Both the position numbers and the translations under genes were made by a program. The notes beneath the pieces were generated by a model. It did no database searches and was not told where the DNA came from. It was given only the letters and a program-made list of their open reading frames with translations. DNA of 64,000 bases from Tubulanus polymorphus (Eukaryota; Animalia; Nemertea), in assembly GCF_964204645.1 (NCBI RefSeq), contig NC_134029.1, positions 3,224,001 through 3,288,000 of the forward strand, in the 5' to 3' direction. Position 1 is the first letter of the stretch, and each line of letters starts with the position of its first letter. This document shows positions 49,851-62,625 of the stretch, piece by piece.

Positions 49851-51215
49851 GACCAAAAAATCGGATTTTCGTGTTTTATTTTTTTTCGTTAGCAATTTTT
49901 GAGATTTCAGACGTTCAACTCCTCCATCTTACCATAAATATCTCAATCTGAGTCTCCAACAGAGAGTTCCAGAGATCGTGCGCCGTGTGGGTGTTGGTCG
50001 GCCTTGCGACCGTTTGCTATGCGATGCAATCTGTTGTAAATTGGCAGGTAGGTCGACGACGACTGGCCCAACCCACCTCTACGCCCGTCTTGAAGATAAA
50101 CTGGAGATCGATCTTGCATGTAACGATATCATCTTTTTCCAAGCGCAAAACATTTGACATTAAATGGACGGCAAACATGTGATTAGACCAACAGAATTTA
50201 CGAATGAATATTTCATAAATATAAACATATTTTGAACATTTGCTGAACGGATCAACCACGTGGTTTGGTCGTCTGAATTCAGCATGAAGGCGAAATCTAA
50301 CTGGAATCTGTCATCTGTCGGTCCTTCAATATTCGGCCATTTCAGTGTATTATCTGAAAACTTTAGACGTACACGTAAAATAATGCTGACATTTTATGCG
50401 GGCATTCATTCGTCGAAGATGAAGTTCATGTATTGGTGGGCGCATGCAGTCATCTATTATGTGAAAACTTCTTGTTTAAGCTTTGATCCATTCGAAAACC
50501 ATATCACGCGCATTTGGACCACGCGAGTCTCCCCGAGCAAATCTTTATCAAAATAGTTTTCTTTTCAATGGATTCTAAATCCTTTTTTACACAGTTCACT
50601 TTTTTCAGGCAGCGCGAGTTTGACATTTTGCACGAAGTCTTAGAAATATCTCGCCGCAGAACAACAAACAGACTAGGACCATCTTACTTATAGGCAATCT
50701 AACAACTTAAGGAGAGTCTTCAGATGCAAGACGTAAACTGCTTCATTGCGCATTTACTGTCGATATTCACAGAATGAAAGAATGAAACCTAAGCAGATAG
50801 AAAGAAAATATCAGTTTTCTATATTCTATGTGTATATCATCTTTTATTTGGAAGCTTCCTACCTTCTATTATAAATGTACATATACGAATTTCATCAGGG
50901 ATAAATACGGTGACATGTCGTTCCACATCTATGGTTTATATCATCTACAATTATCCAAACTCGTATATTCCTCGGAAATACATGAAATGCCATTGTCTCC
51001 AAAACCACACAAAGACCTTCTATCGAAAGATGAAACGTGGGAAAATAACTCACAGAAACCCAAACGAAAAATGAAGAAAAGAAGGCTATATTGAGGGTAC
51101 CAATCCAGCCATTTATTTCATAAGACCATTCTGCACATCAGTTGATGAGACTATTTGATAAACAAGGTGGTATAAGGGGCAAATATAGGAAATGTGTGTG
51201 GGTGGTTTTTTAATA

Positions 51216-51308
51216 TGTTTGGTAGTGTATGTGATATAGTGGTGCGATGTCGATATTTGGTAGTGTATGTGGAATTAGTGGTGTGATGTCGATGTTTGGT
51301 AGTGTATA
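51216..51308. repeat. Left piece of the ~39-bp satellite, cut off by the transposon insertion
   Basis: About 2.5 units of TTTGGTAGTGTATGTGGAATTAGTGGTGTGATGTCGATG, the same unit as 57085-58650. Confidence 0.9.
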
Positions 51309-51819
51309 CCCTTACGAAAATGGTACACGTGTAATTGTAAATGAAAATACACGTGTATTTCAAGTACACGTGTAAAATTTGCCCAATTTTACACGTGTAC
51401 TTTATCCCAATTACACGTGTACTTCATCCAAATTACACGTGTATTACACGTGTACTTCATCCAAATTACACGTGTATTACACGTGTACTTCATCCAAATT
51501 ACACGTGTACTTCATCCTAATTACATGTGTACTTCATCCAAATTTCACGTGTATTACACGTGTACTTCATCCTTATTACACGTGTTTTTCATCTTGTATT
51601 ACACGTGTACTTTATCCTAATTACACGTGTATTTCATCCAATATTACACGTGTCTTACACGCTAAATACATGTGTCTTCAATTGCCATTTTTTGTTGAAT
51701 TCAAATCAAACCACCATGTGAGGAAATCTCCTTAATCCATGTGCTGTTTAGAATGAACATACTCAAGAGATTCACATTTTCCATACTAACTGATTTATTC
51801 ATCTTCATAAATTTTATAA

Positions 51820-53689
51820 ATCTTTGAGTTATGGCATGTCTTATGTTGGCCTCTTTCGCACCCTTCTCCTTTCGACATTGTTCTGAAATGATAACCATTT
51901 GAAAAAATTAAGCAAAAGTATACAATGATTTCTTTACCCGGATAAATAATTCAACTTCAGCTGCTTGGGATGATGATTGAATTCTGTAGCTTTTTCTAAG
52001 ATTCTTCTGCATATAACAGTTAACAGTTTTTGCACTCTTCAATGACTTGATTTTAAGCCATATGGTGAAATGCTTGACAATCTGGAAATTTCAATGTTCA
52101 ACGCCACCTGATGAAAAACAAGGGGTCTAGGGACACCATGCCCATATGGTTTCGAATGCTAACCAATCAACATAATAAAATAGAAACAGGACATTGAAAC
52201 TCACCACTATCATAAAACATGTCACAAGCTACAATTTTATAATTGATCGATGTTATTAAGTATTCATAGGTACCAAAATAAATTAGACAAATTGTATGGG
52301 ATCATTCATTTATTACGTACGCATAAAATTTGAATTTTTCAAACCCCCTCCCCCTTTGTACGCAAAATCAGCCATTTTTTCATATACATTCAGCAATACA
52401 GTACGCAATTGCACTGACCCCTCCCCTTCCCCTAATGCGTACGTAATAAATGAATGACCCCTATATAATTCAATATTCAACTCCCCCTGGTGGTGAGAAC
52501 AAAAACCTGGGTAACCCCAATTCCACATGAGATGAATACTACAACAGTGGTAACAATTATCAAATATCAAGACTATATAAGTCAAAACCTGTTGATATTT
52601 TCCTTCAAAAACCTTTTTCTATCTATGAATAAGAACTGATGACACTAAGATGGCTGCCAAATGTGTCACGCTTGACTGATCGAAAAATCAGTCTCGTATG
52701 TTTTAGATTGTTAAGAATGTACACCCATCACAAATTTCAAAGAAAAATTGCAAACCATTAGGGAGCTACAAGACAAAAATGACCTTTTTGGGTACAAAAA
52801 AGGTCACATGATGGCCATCTTGTGTCAAGATTGAAGCATCTTCAAAATTTCCCTTGAAAACTTCAAAAAATTGCATAAGTTATGATTTTGGGGAATGAAA
52901 ATGGCCAATGCAGTTGGCCATCTTGATTCGGACCAGTTTTGGGCAGGAGACATGGCTAGGATAGATATATCTATAACTTAAATATCAAGAGTATTAAAAC
53001 TTCCCAAAATACTGGATTCCAACAACAGACGAACGAAGGGTGAATGCAATAGCCCGCTTGGACTAAAGTCTCAAATGGACTAAAGGTGGGGACACATTAG
53101 GCAATTTCGTTAAGCACTAATGTTGTGCAATGAAATCGTCGGTAAAATCACCTAGTTTGTCAGGGTCTGCGCCGACTGAATCGCCCGAATCCAACACGTC
53201 CTTCGACTGAATCACCCAACGCATCAGGACACGGTGATTGTTCGCCTCGAGCCATATTAAACGTTAAACCCTCCCCTTTTCTGACCAAGTGCCCTTTTGA
53301 ATCACAGGAGAAAAATTCCACCCTATGATCAAAGTGCACAAACCCCATACAACCGTTTCAGACCGGGAGACCTGTATTGACTAGGGCCCTTTTCATAAGA
53401 GCTGAACCCTCGTTCTTCCAGCTTGGATCCGCCCCTGTAAATCAACAACAAATGAACGCTAGCCATTATATATTGAATTCATGTACTTACGTATTATTTA
53501 GCTGACCCGGTTTGGGTCCAACTTTTTTCCTCATGGAAGACTTTCATTGCGTCGCATCCAGTCCAATGCCTTGACAATTAGACTTTTAAATGAGTGGACG
53601 ACAGCATGCATGCACCCAACAGTATTAGGTTTTCCGACTAATCAGCGTATGGCAGCAGCTGTTGTATCATCCAATAGTGAGTAGGCATC
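51820..53689 (-). pseudogene. Decayed BEN-domain-like accessory gene of the transposon
   Basis: Exon-like segment 53689-53491 (AG|GAT...C|GTAAGT) with stops and a frameshift gives DDTTAAAIR*LV...SNCQG...KKLDPNRV.*II. A downstream segment (~51884-51825) gives EQCRKEKGAKEANIRHAITQ. Together they resemble the BEN-domain SN.G...LDP..V..I...I..AI pattern. Confidence 0.35.
52298..52461. mobile_element. MITE nested inside the EnSpm-like element
   Basis: TIRs GGGATCATTCATTTATTACGTACGCAT / ATGCGTACGTAATAAATGAATGACCCC with internal CCCCTCCCC tracts. Confidence 0.85.
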
Positions 53690-55943
53690 CTAAAATGAGA
53701 AGAATTTACAATGCTCACGCTGTAATCTATACTAAAACCATTTCGACGCTCATATAATCTATTATGTAAATACCTGATTTTCATCACACTGTCGTTGTTG
53801 AGAAATCAGTGGAGAATTGAAGGCTCTCTCGCACTAACATCGTTTTCCAACAATCCCCTGGTGGACACATTTTTAAGCCAAAAAAATGGGAATTCCAATT
53901 TTATAGTGTCGGTCATTGGATCAATTGTTATTGGTGTAGACCCTATAAAGTTTGAAAAAAAATGGTCAAGAATTGATTACACTAATGTTGTTTTTGTCCC
54001 CAATCGAAACTCCGACAGCGACCTAATTCCAGCATACAAATTTAATGGCGATGATGGGCGCACAACAAAATCAAAATGACCCTGCGGTTTTTAGATTGGA
54101 TGAATAAACACCAAAGACACTCCATTTTTATCCCTCACGATTGGAATGATCACTCACAATTTTTAGGCCTACAAGTACAATATTTACTTAGTCATGTTAG
54201 TTTTCATTCCAATAAACATATTCTTTTAGTGACCTTGTGGTGGCCTGAAGCCCAACACAATAAACCTTTACTTAACTACATGTACATAACAATAATCATA
54301 CCTGAACAATCCACAACGTCCTTTAAACGCGGGATAATAAATGGCCTTCGATTTTTTCTGTTCCACTTCCATTCGAATCCACTCTCTCTACTAATTGTAA
54401 TGAATCTAATCATTCAATGATCCACTATGTGTTTCACCTCAAACAAAGAAGCAGTGTCACTTTTGGTCCAGTTGTCAATGATCCCCTATTATACATTGTC
54501 ATCCATTAATGCGTTTTGAAATCATTATGAGAATAGAATACTGAATAGATCGTGAAAGCCTGTGAAAACGGCGTGAAAACGTGTTGCTTAACAATGGCAA
54601 TATGGCTGCCACCGCGCAGGGGTGCTTGGGAGTTTAATTGAAATAGATTATTTAATTATTAATAAGTTTTACATCTGCATTTTAGTTCTTTTAGAATTTA
54701 AGAATAATCGTGATTAGTGATATTTAATTAGTAAAAATAACTTATACTAAGTTATTATGAAGCTAAGGCAAAATCAATTAAGTAAGTTGAAAATAACGAT
54801 TCAGTGAAGAAATGACGATCATTTTAATATACGCTGTATTATAAAAATAGACAAAAAAGGTACATGAATAAGGCCTGTTACTATTTAATTCAACATTTAG
54901 ATGAGATTAGATTTGTCTAGGTTTTTTTCTGTTTATTGAAAACCATTTTATCGGAGCTCGTCAGTTCGTCAGTGAGGTTTTCATTTTAGTAGTGTTCCAA
55001 AATGGAAGACAAATAACATTAAGATGCACTTTTTAGTGGAAAAATTACCCGTAAATATCGATGTATACCAACCGAATTCGTCTTTTGCAAGCATGGAGTT
55101 TGAAAAAGAAATTGCAAGTAGCAGGCCAGTTTAAATACGCGAGTAGGCCTACATGTTAAACATTTGGAGGTAAGATCATTTTAAATCTAAGCAAATCAAA
55201 TTGACTTTATTGGTTCTTATCAATTCAATGTTAAACAAGTATATTATTGGTTTGACAATAAAGTTGACAGGACTAACAAGAGACATGGAGAATTATGCAA
55301 TTGCATAGGCCAATTGTTTAGTTTAATGTTAATGTTGTTAGTTTTTACAAGCGGGCTCAGTTCTAATTGAGGGGATGGCCTCTGTCTGTCTCAGTGTCTG
55401 TATATTGGACGATCACATTGTACCACATACTTTTTATGTGTACAACATACAAAATATGGTGTATACATATATAATGGATAATGTATGATAGACAATGCTA
55501 TGTATTTCGTATATAAGCCCTTACAGACAAAAAAGCCAGGTCCGATCTGGTACGTTATGCATGAGGTTTACTGTTCATCGCAACAATAGGCTACGAAATC
55601 GCTAGCTGGAAACCAACCTACGTATAGGCCTACTGTAGCCTTAAGTTCTATATGCTTGGGAATAATTTATTCTCAAATTACTTCTTGTTTTGTAGATGGT
55701 AATATGTTGCTAAATGATGGACATTTCGATTTTTCAAGAAGTCAATTTTGAGAATCTGGAAGATTTAAGAATTGAAAATGGCCACAATCCATCAATAATG
55801 CAGACAATGGTTGTGACGACGTAAGTTAGTAATACAGTGCCTTATGACTAAAGTGAATGCAATCTTAATTGCCAATCTACTCATCCGATATGAACTTGAC
55901 CAATCACCACAATGTTTAATCTAGTTTGCAGCCACAGCTCATT

Positions 55944-56315
55944 GATGGAAATAGATGATCCTCTCCACACAAATGCTGAGGTGACCCTTCGTGGGGCTGT
56001 TACTACTATTATGACGTTCTCCCTCGAAGCTGGATCCACATCAACTGTTTTGACTGGATTGTTGGATCGGTTGAATTTTCTGTTACTGAGAAGCGGTTCT
56101 ACGCAGTTCTAAATGCCTATTTTGAAAAGATTTTCTCTATGTGCGGAGGTGAACAAATATTACTGCGCTGTATATAAGACATTATTCAAAAAACTGCAGG
56201 TATGATACAAATGTTCATTATGTGATATACAGTATGATAAGGCAACATTAGAGGAAAAAGGACATTTTTTGTGTACATGCCCATTAATGAACAACTGAAA
56301 AGACTCCTCGGCTAA
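55944..56315 (+). pseudogene. Decayed N-terminal part of an animal EnSpm-type transposase
   Basis: MEIDDPLHTNAEVTLRGAVTTIMTFSLEAG...LTGLLDRLNFLL...NKYYCAVY...KCSLCDIQYDKATLEEKG/FFVYMPINEQLKRLLG with stops and a frameshift. Matches the remembered PL..A..T / YC..C / C..C / F.Y.P...QL..LL layout. Catalytic core not seen (internal deletion). Confidence 0.55.
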
Positions 56316-57084
56316 GAAGAGCTAGCTAGCAAAATTAATGAATGGGCCTACAAGGAAAGCAGAACACTTGGAGCTGGTGACAGCAATATATTCAACATTT
56401 TTCATAAATAACATTGTAATTCGGGGCTTGGGCAGTCCCCTAAGCCTCTAGTTATCTTGATAATAAATGAAATATCCAAAATTTTTTGTTCAGATCATGA
56501 TTTTTGTGAAACAGTTTTTGGATTTATTCAGAGGGCAACAAAGGCATGTGCTTCATTCATACAGGATCCAATCTAGTCAATACAGGACAAACAACATGAC
56601 TTTTTTGACACGGCATCCTGGAAAAAACTACTAAATGAGGATCAAACAATTAAAAAGACAGGAGATTCCTTCAATTCTCCGAACATTACATGCAAAATCT
56701 TACTTTTTATGAAATCATGTGAAGCTAAATGATGTAATTACAAATTTTATTGCAGTTCACAAAAGTGACCAATTATGAGAAACAAGGTACATGTATAATT
56801 TAGTCTAGTACATGCATCCAGATTGCACATGTATTTCAGAAGCCACACATGAATTTACACGTGTTTTTAAAATACACGTCCTAAGTTACACGTGTATTTC
56901 AAGATACACATCTTCAGTACACGTGTAATTCAAAATACATGTCCAAACTACACGTGTATTTTAGAAATACACGTGTTTTACACATGTACTTCAAAATACA
57001 CGTCAAAAGTACACGTGTAATTTCATATTACACGTGTATTACACGTGTATTTAGCTAAATACACGTGTACCATTTTCATAAGGG

Positions 57085-58650
57085 TATGGTATAGTGGTGC
57101 GATGTCGATATTTGGTAGTGTATGTGGAATTAGTGGTGTGATGTCGATGTTTGCAAGTGTATGTGGAATTAGTAGTGTGATGTCGATGTTTGGTAGTGTA
57201 TATGGTATAGTGGTGCGATGTCGATATTTGGTAGTGTATGTGGAATTAGTGGTGTGATGTCGATGTTTGGTAGTGTATGTGGTATAGTGGTGTGATGTCG
57301 ATGTTTGGTAGTGTATATGGTATAGTGGTATGCTGTCGATATTTGGTAGTGTATGTGGAATTAGTGGTGTGATGTCGATATTTGGTAGTGTATGTGGAAT
57401 AAGTGGTGTGATGTCGATGTTTGGTAGTGTATATGGTATAGTGGTATGCTGTCGATATTTGGTAGTGTATGTGGAATTAGTGGTATGATGTCGATATTTG
57501 GTAGTGTATGTGGAACTATTGGTGTGATGTCGATGTTTGGTAGTGTATATGGTATAGTGATGTGATGTCGATATTTGGTAGTGTATGTGGAATTAGTGGT
57601 GTGATGTCGATGTTTGCAAGTGTATGTGGAATTAGTGGTATGTTTTTGATGTTTGGTACTGTTTGTGGAATGTGGTGTGATGTCGATGTTTGGTACTGTA
57701 TGTGGTATACAGTTGTATGATATGTCGATGTTTGGTAGTGTATATGGTATAGTGATGTGATGTCGATATTTGGTATTGTATGTGGAATGTGGTGTGATGT
57801 CGATGTTTGGTAGTGTATGTAGAATTAGTGGTGTGATGTCGATGTTTGGTAGTGTATGTGATATAGTGGTGTGATGTCGATATTTGGTATTGTATGTGGA
57901 ATTAGTGGTGTGATGTCGATGTTTGCAAGTGTATGTGGAATTAGTGGTATGTTTTTGATGTTTGGTACTGTTTGTGGAATGTGGTGTGATGTCGATGTTT
58001 GGTAGTGTATGTGGTATACAGTTGTATGATATGTCGATGTTTGGTAGTGTATATGGTATAGTGATGTGATGTCAATATTTGGTAGTGTATGTGGAATGTG
58101 GTGTGATGTCGATGTTTGGTAGTGTATGTGGAATGTGGTGTGATGTCGATGTTTGGTACTGTATGTGGAATGTGGTGTGATGTCGATGTTTGGTAGTGTA
58201 TGTGGTATACAGTTGTATGATATGTCGATGTTTGGTAGTGTATGTGGTATAGTGGTATGTTTTCGATATTTGGTAGTGTATGCGGTAAACAGTTGTATGA
58301 TATGGCGATGTTTGGTAGTGTATATGGTATAGTGGTATGATGTCGATATTTGGTAGTGTATATGGAATAGTGGTGTGATGTCGATGTTTGGTAGTGTATG
58401 TGTTATACAGTTGTATGATATGTCGATGTTTGGTAGTGTATATGGTATAGTGGTATGATGTCGATATTTGGTAGTGTATGTGTTATACAGTTGTATGATA
58501 TGTCGATGTTTGGTAGTGTATATGGTATAGTGGTATGATGTCGATGTTTGGTAGTGTATGTGGAATTAGTGGTGTGATGTCGATGTTTGGTAGTGTATAT
58601 GGTATAGTGGTATGATGTCGATATTTGGTAGTGTATGTGGTATTGTGGTG
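57085..58650. repeat. ~38-40-bp satellite array, about 40 units
   Basis: Consensus GATGTCGATGTTTGGTAGTGTATGTGGAATTAGTGGTGT with alternating variants (GGAATTAG, GGTATAG, GGTATACAGTTG). Confidence 0.97.
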
Positions 58651-59636
58651 TTTTGTAATGTAGTTAATGTAGGTGCTGTATGGTAATGGTATGTGGTACT
58701 GGTGTATGGCAGTATATGCCTATGGAAGTGGTTTTTAGTTTTATGTAGTGGTTCTTGGTATTGAGTTTTATATAATGGTGTCTAATAATTATTTGTGTCC
58801 TATTCCTTATCCTAGATTGTGAAGAATCGACGAAGAGGATCGGTATATTAAACATATGTTAATATTATGCACTAGCATAGATTTCCTATTGGTCAAATGA
58901 AGTCACGTGCCTATTGAACCCGAGACTGACTGACAATTGAAGACGAAGATAAGTTCAAAATATTTATTTTTATATATCATATCATCATAATCATAATTTT
59001 TGATACAGAGCAGCAGTTTACCACCGGATGTGTTGAATTTCAAATTTTGATGTATATTAAATCGCAGATTATCACTGATTTCTAAGCCAGGACACGGGAC
59101 TTGAAACAAACTTTGCAAGTGTTGGAAGAGTGAGCAATAAGTTGTAACTCGTTGTTTCGGTCATGTTTTCTACCAGGAATGGTCAAATGTCATGTTTTGT
59201 ACATGATAATGATATTGTTTGCTAATTGCGCTTTCTGAATGCGATGTTTCAATGTATAAGTATTGGTGTGCCTGAAGTGTTTCAAGTGTTATCTGGTTTC
59301 AAATAATATGTAATTCATATAAGTAGTTTATGTACATTGTACCTTAAGTATTCGATCGGCCGCAGGATTAGTGCAACAATTTTTAAGTATTTACAGCAAT
59401 TTGTTCAGCATATCAATCGCAAATATTCAAACAAGACCTATGTACCGAGCTATAATATTGAGATACTGCATTTTGATTATAAAATTTAGATACAGTTGAG
59501 AACAAAAGAGAAAATGAAATATTTAATCGTTGTTGGCTCACCCGCCAGTATTTACGTTGTAACTCCCGTTATACTAAACATCATGTATAAAAAAGTCTCT
59601 TCAAAAAAGTGTCTATGAAGTTGAACTAATACGCGT

Positions 59637-62352
59637 TTATAAATCTTCTGTCAGGTCCAATTCGTCTGCTTTCAAAGTGTATGATTTCTCAAGTTTGTTC
59701 AGACCGCAATCAGCGATAGTGACCTTCTTCTTTGGTCTGGCCGTTGCCATGTCCGATTCGAGATCACCGATAGTTTTGATGACATCCTGAAAATACGAAA
59801 AAAAAGTATTGAAATAGGTTCAAGTTTTAACAATAACTTTCCGCAAACTTAGGTTGTTACATAAATATGCCTACGTAAAAGAAATACTAAAAAATCATGA
59901 TACTGATTTTAAGTGGATATTATACTTACATAACCTCGAATAACTTTGCCGAAAACGACGTGTTTACCGTCCAACCATCTGGCTTTCTGGAGAAGGATGT
60001 AGAACTGTGAGCCGTTTGTGTCTGGGCCGTGGTTGGCCATGGCAACCCATCCAGGTCCTCTGTGGCTCAAGGTGAAGGGTTCGTCATTGAATTTTGGAGC
60101 GTAGATGCTCTTTCCTGGAAACATCCGAAATGGATCGCATTAATCAAAATATCCACCCTTTGTATCAATTATGGGTAGGTTTTATACTGATATGTTGTGT
60201 AATTCGTCATCGGGCTCTGTATAATCAGTAACTTCAGCCGACCTTTAGTCATAAAATGGACTTAAAGTAGTCATTTTCTTTGTTTATTTAACTTCTTTGT
60301 GGCACACGTTATCCTCGTATATTAGTAGAATCGTCTAAAAAGTGATTTGCTAGTTAATTCCGCTTGTTGAGTGTAATTTTGTTATTTCTATCGAAAACTT
60401 GATTACTTTCATTATCACATGCAAAATAAAAAGCTTATCGTCATTTTATTTTGTTCTTGTAGATTCGATTAGATTAGTGGTTCTTGTAGAATTATCTATT
60501 TTTGTCGGCAAATTTCTAACAATCAGAGATTTGAGAAAAGATTTAATTTGACGGTTGCGAAGGAATAGTCATGATTTAATAGCGATTAAAATTCTATCGA
60601 TCAATGTTGACCTCAACTTACCACCGGTTCCATCCCCGACTGTGATATCTCCCATTTGAATGATGAAATCTGGTACTACTCGGTGAACTGGAGTTCCTTT
60701 GTAGTGGAGTTTTTCCTAAGAAAAGAATTCATAAATGATGTTGTAGTCTTGAATAAATACAGTATCAAGTACAGATTACGCAGATTACGTCGACGACCGC
60801 GGTAAGAAACGACTGTTAGACCGCATAAAAACGCGTCATGTTAACGCTTCCTGGTGTACATTCATGTAATATTATAGTGTAGAATAACGTTTAAAAAACA
60901 AAAGACACGTCACACATCAAATATAATCAACATCTACGATCTTGAATGTGCTTTAATCCAACTGTATAAGTTTGAAGTGGGAAGAAAATTAAAATAGTGA
61001 GTGGAAATTAAATCCGTGAAAAAGAATAAAACAATGGATGGATATAATTTCTGTTAGTAGAGGACCATAAAATCCAGGTTTAATTGATTTGTTATTTGTC
61101 ATTTTAATGATTTTCTAATGAATGAGAACACGTGTTAAACTCGGTCGTTGGGCTGTCGCTTACATGTGTACAGAAGTTCTATATATCTCGGGTAGCAGCA
61201 GCTGGGCCTCGACGTGGCACGTCGTGTACAGGCCTGACGCTTGATTTCATTGGCAACATCTGCAGGCGAAAATCACGACCACATTCGATAATGCGTTGTT
61301 TATACGCAGTTGAATGATATACTCGTGAAATTCAAGTTTGTGGTCGAGTTTCAAGTATCACGTGTTCGGATCTTGTTACTGTCGTCCGCGTGGCATAATT
61401 CACACGTCACACAGTAGTAACTTATACTTCAAATCATATTCATATACATTAACTTTTCAAAATTTGAATTTCGGCTTGAAATACAGTGCCTTCCATGCTT
61501 GCCCCCTTCCAGTCAGATCGTGTATGATTTTTACGTATGTTTTGAGCTTATACAAATATTTATGTTTTTAGTTTATGAAAATAGGTATTTTACGTATTTT
61601 CTAGGTAAAGATTAACCGGAGTGATAAAATAAATTTCGTGAATATCATAGAATAGTTAGAAATTATCATTCGTTATCTGTGATGCAATGACTGATTAGTA
61701 AACTGAGTGTCAATACGACAGATGTGTTCAGATTGACACTCTCATCGATCGGACACCGATACAAAGCCAGTCGTCAAATAGCTTCAAACGTGTTGATAAT
61801 TTACTTCCACGTTTATATTCAAATGATTTAAATTCATCATCGCTTGAAATGGTAATTAAAACGCGAATAACTTTATTTCGACGATCATCAAAGAATTAAG
61901 ATTAGCATTGTTTGAATATTCGTCGCTCGTAGTTAAGAACCATTTTTCGCCGGTGGAAAAATGATCAAAACCCGAAACTGATTCTAGCTCATTTAACTTT
62001 ACTTTGAAATGTCGTACATGTAGATCATTGAATTTGAAGCGTGCAAAGAGCAAGAAAGTAGATTCAGAAACAACACAACGGACAGATAGATAGATTAGGT
62101 AAACGCTGATTTGAGACTCACATAAAGTCTTTTGTGACCTTTGGCGATGGACTTGAAGTTCAAGACAGTAATTGGTGCCGTTTCACCGAAAAGTCCGATA
62201 ACGAATCGACCCTTGTAATCGTCTCCGGGCCCGTACATATCTTTGATTTCAATATCAAACCATGCTTCCGATGTAATTGTGTAGTTATCGGCGTTATCGG
62301 CACAGTAGCAAACTGCTACAAGTGCAAACAAGGCTGCAATTTGTGCGTACAT
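59637..62352 (-). CDS. Secretory-pathway cyclophilin (peptidyl-prolyl isomerase B/C-like), isoform using the proximal N-terminal exon, 219 aa
   Basis: Exons 62352-62122, 60715-60622, 60114-59930, 59786-59637. Signal peptide [17 protein letters not shown]; [78 protein letters not shown]; ends LTEDL*. Confidence 0.95.
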
Positions 62353-62388
62353 CTACAAATACAAAATAAACACAAAAAATACACTTAC

Positions 62389-62625
62389 TGGACCGCGCGT
62401 GTATCCTAAAGTTAAGGCCATAAAGTTCATGACGGTTATCGGGGAAGTTTCGCCGAACAAGGCCACTGTGAATTTCCCAGAGAACGTTTCTCCCTTTTCA
62501 GGATAATCGTGAATTCTGACGTCAAACCAGGCCTCATCTGTAACTGTGAAATTGGACGTTCGGGCTGGATTTAGGACACTGGCCTCGACTATCGTTATAA
62601 GTAGTGGTAGAGCCAAGAACAGCAT
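62389..62625 (-). CDS. Alternative (distal) duplicated first coding exon of the cyclophilin; gives a 221-aa isoform when spliced to 60715
   Basis: TTTGTAG|ATG start, signal peptide MLFLALPLLITIVEA, NFTVTDEAWFDV...GKFTVALFGETSPITVMNF, phase-0 donor CCA|GTAAGT. Paralogous to exon 62352-62122. Confidence 0.88.

Larger units (their letters stand above)
51309..57084. mobile_element. Defective CMC-EnSpm(CACTA)-like DNA transposon, 5776 bp
   Basis: TIRs CCCTTACGAAAATGGTACACGTGTA (51309) / TACACGTGTACCATTTTCATAAGGG (57084). TA at 51307-51308 and 57085-57086; removing the element and one TA restores the satellite unit GGTAGTGTATATGGTATAG. Subterminal TACACGTGTA arrays at ~51323-51675 and ~56790-57070. 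Boundaries are firm; the superfamily call is an inference. Confidence 0.85.

Noticed and set aside
49930-50560. GC-richer patch with short ORFs on both strands and a minus-strand donor at 49932
   Set aside because: No recognisable domain or consistent exon chain.
51379-51735. ORFs with YTCTSSKLHV / ITRVLHVYF repeats
   Set aside because: Translations of the transposon's subterminal repeats.
57085-58650. CRISPR-like periodic array
   Set aside because: Units are tandem with no unique spacers, the DNA is eukaryotic and no cas genes are present.
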